From NCBI GenBank assembly GCA_046758965.1, contig JBHIBG010000065.1, positions 1 to 14,961 on the forward strand: 14,961 nucleotides of DNA, read 5' to 3'. Of this stretch, positions 14,956 through 14,961 are shown piece by piece. The translations under genes were made by a program, and so were the position numbers. How positions within the stretch are numbered: position 1 is the first letter of the stretch; every line of letters begins with the position of its first letter. This DNA comes from Candidatus Methylomirabilia bacterium. GTDB lineage: Bacteria > Methylomirabilota > Methylomirabilia > Rokubacteriales > CSP1-6. The notes under the pieces were generated by a model. That model was not told the DNA's origin. It made no database searches and worked only from the letters and a program-made list of their open reading frames with translations.

Positions 14956-14961
14956 TATTCA

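Noticed and set aside
1..14961. CRISPR arrays, tRNA/rRNA genes, transposases or integrases
   Set aside because: No regularly spaced repeats, cloverleaf/T-loop signatures or recombinase motifs seen.

Overview
A GC-rich, densely coding bacterial chromosomal window with no transposase, CRISPR array, rRNA or tRNA that I can see. Left to right on the + strand: amtB (5'-truncated by the window) and glnA; a sigma54-type promoter and hairpin-rich leader in front of a collapsed B12-dependent acyl-CoA mutase locus; a PQQ-dependent sugar dehydrogenase; a TIGR02757-type HhH-GPD protein with a 4-Cys Fe-S motif and a suspicious G-rich tail; rmuC; a sodium:solute symporter; an orphan, divergent GroES-like protein; a MEMO1/AmrB protein with an N-terminal PqqD/RRE-like domain coupled to a DUF1285-like gene; and a two-gene operon with its own sigma70 promoter and terminator, encoding an uncharacterised 2x[4Fe-4S] protein and a Cys/His-rich partner. 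The mutase locus resembles 2-hydroxyisobutyryl-CoA mutase: the hcmB-like gene has a frameshifting 5' deletion, the hcmA-like gene has lost its catalytic barrel in frame, and the intervening gene(s) appear reduced to a stub. On the - strand are a cyclase-family hydrolase and a VOC-family protein. The best candidates for undescribed biology are the Fe-S/Cys-His two-gene operon (11485-13097), the RRE-MEMO + DUF1285 pair (9772-11468) and the orphan GroES-like protein. All family assignments come from motif recognition and recalled sequences; no database search was run.
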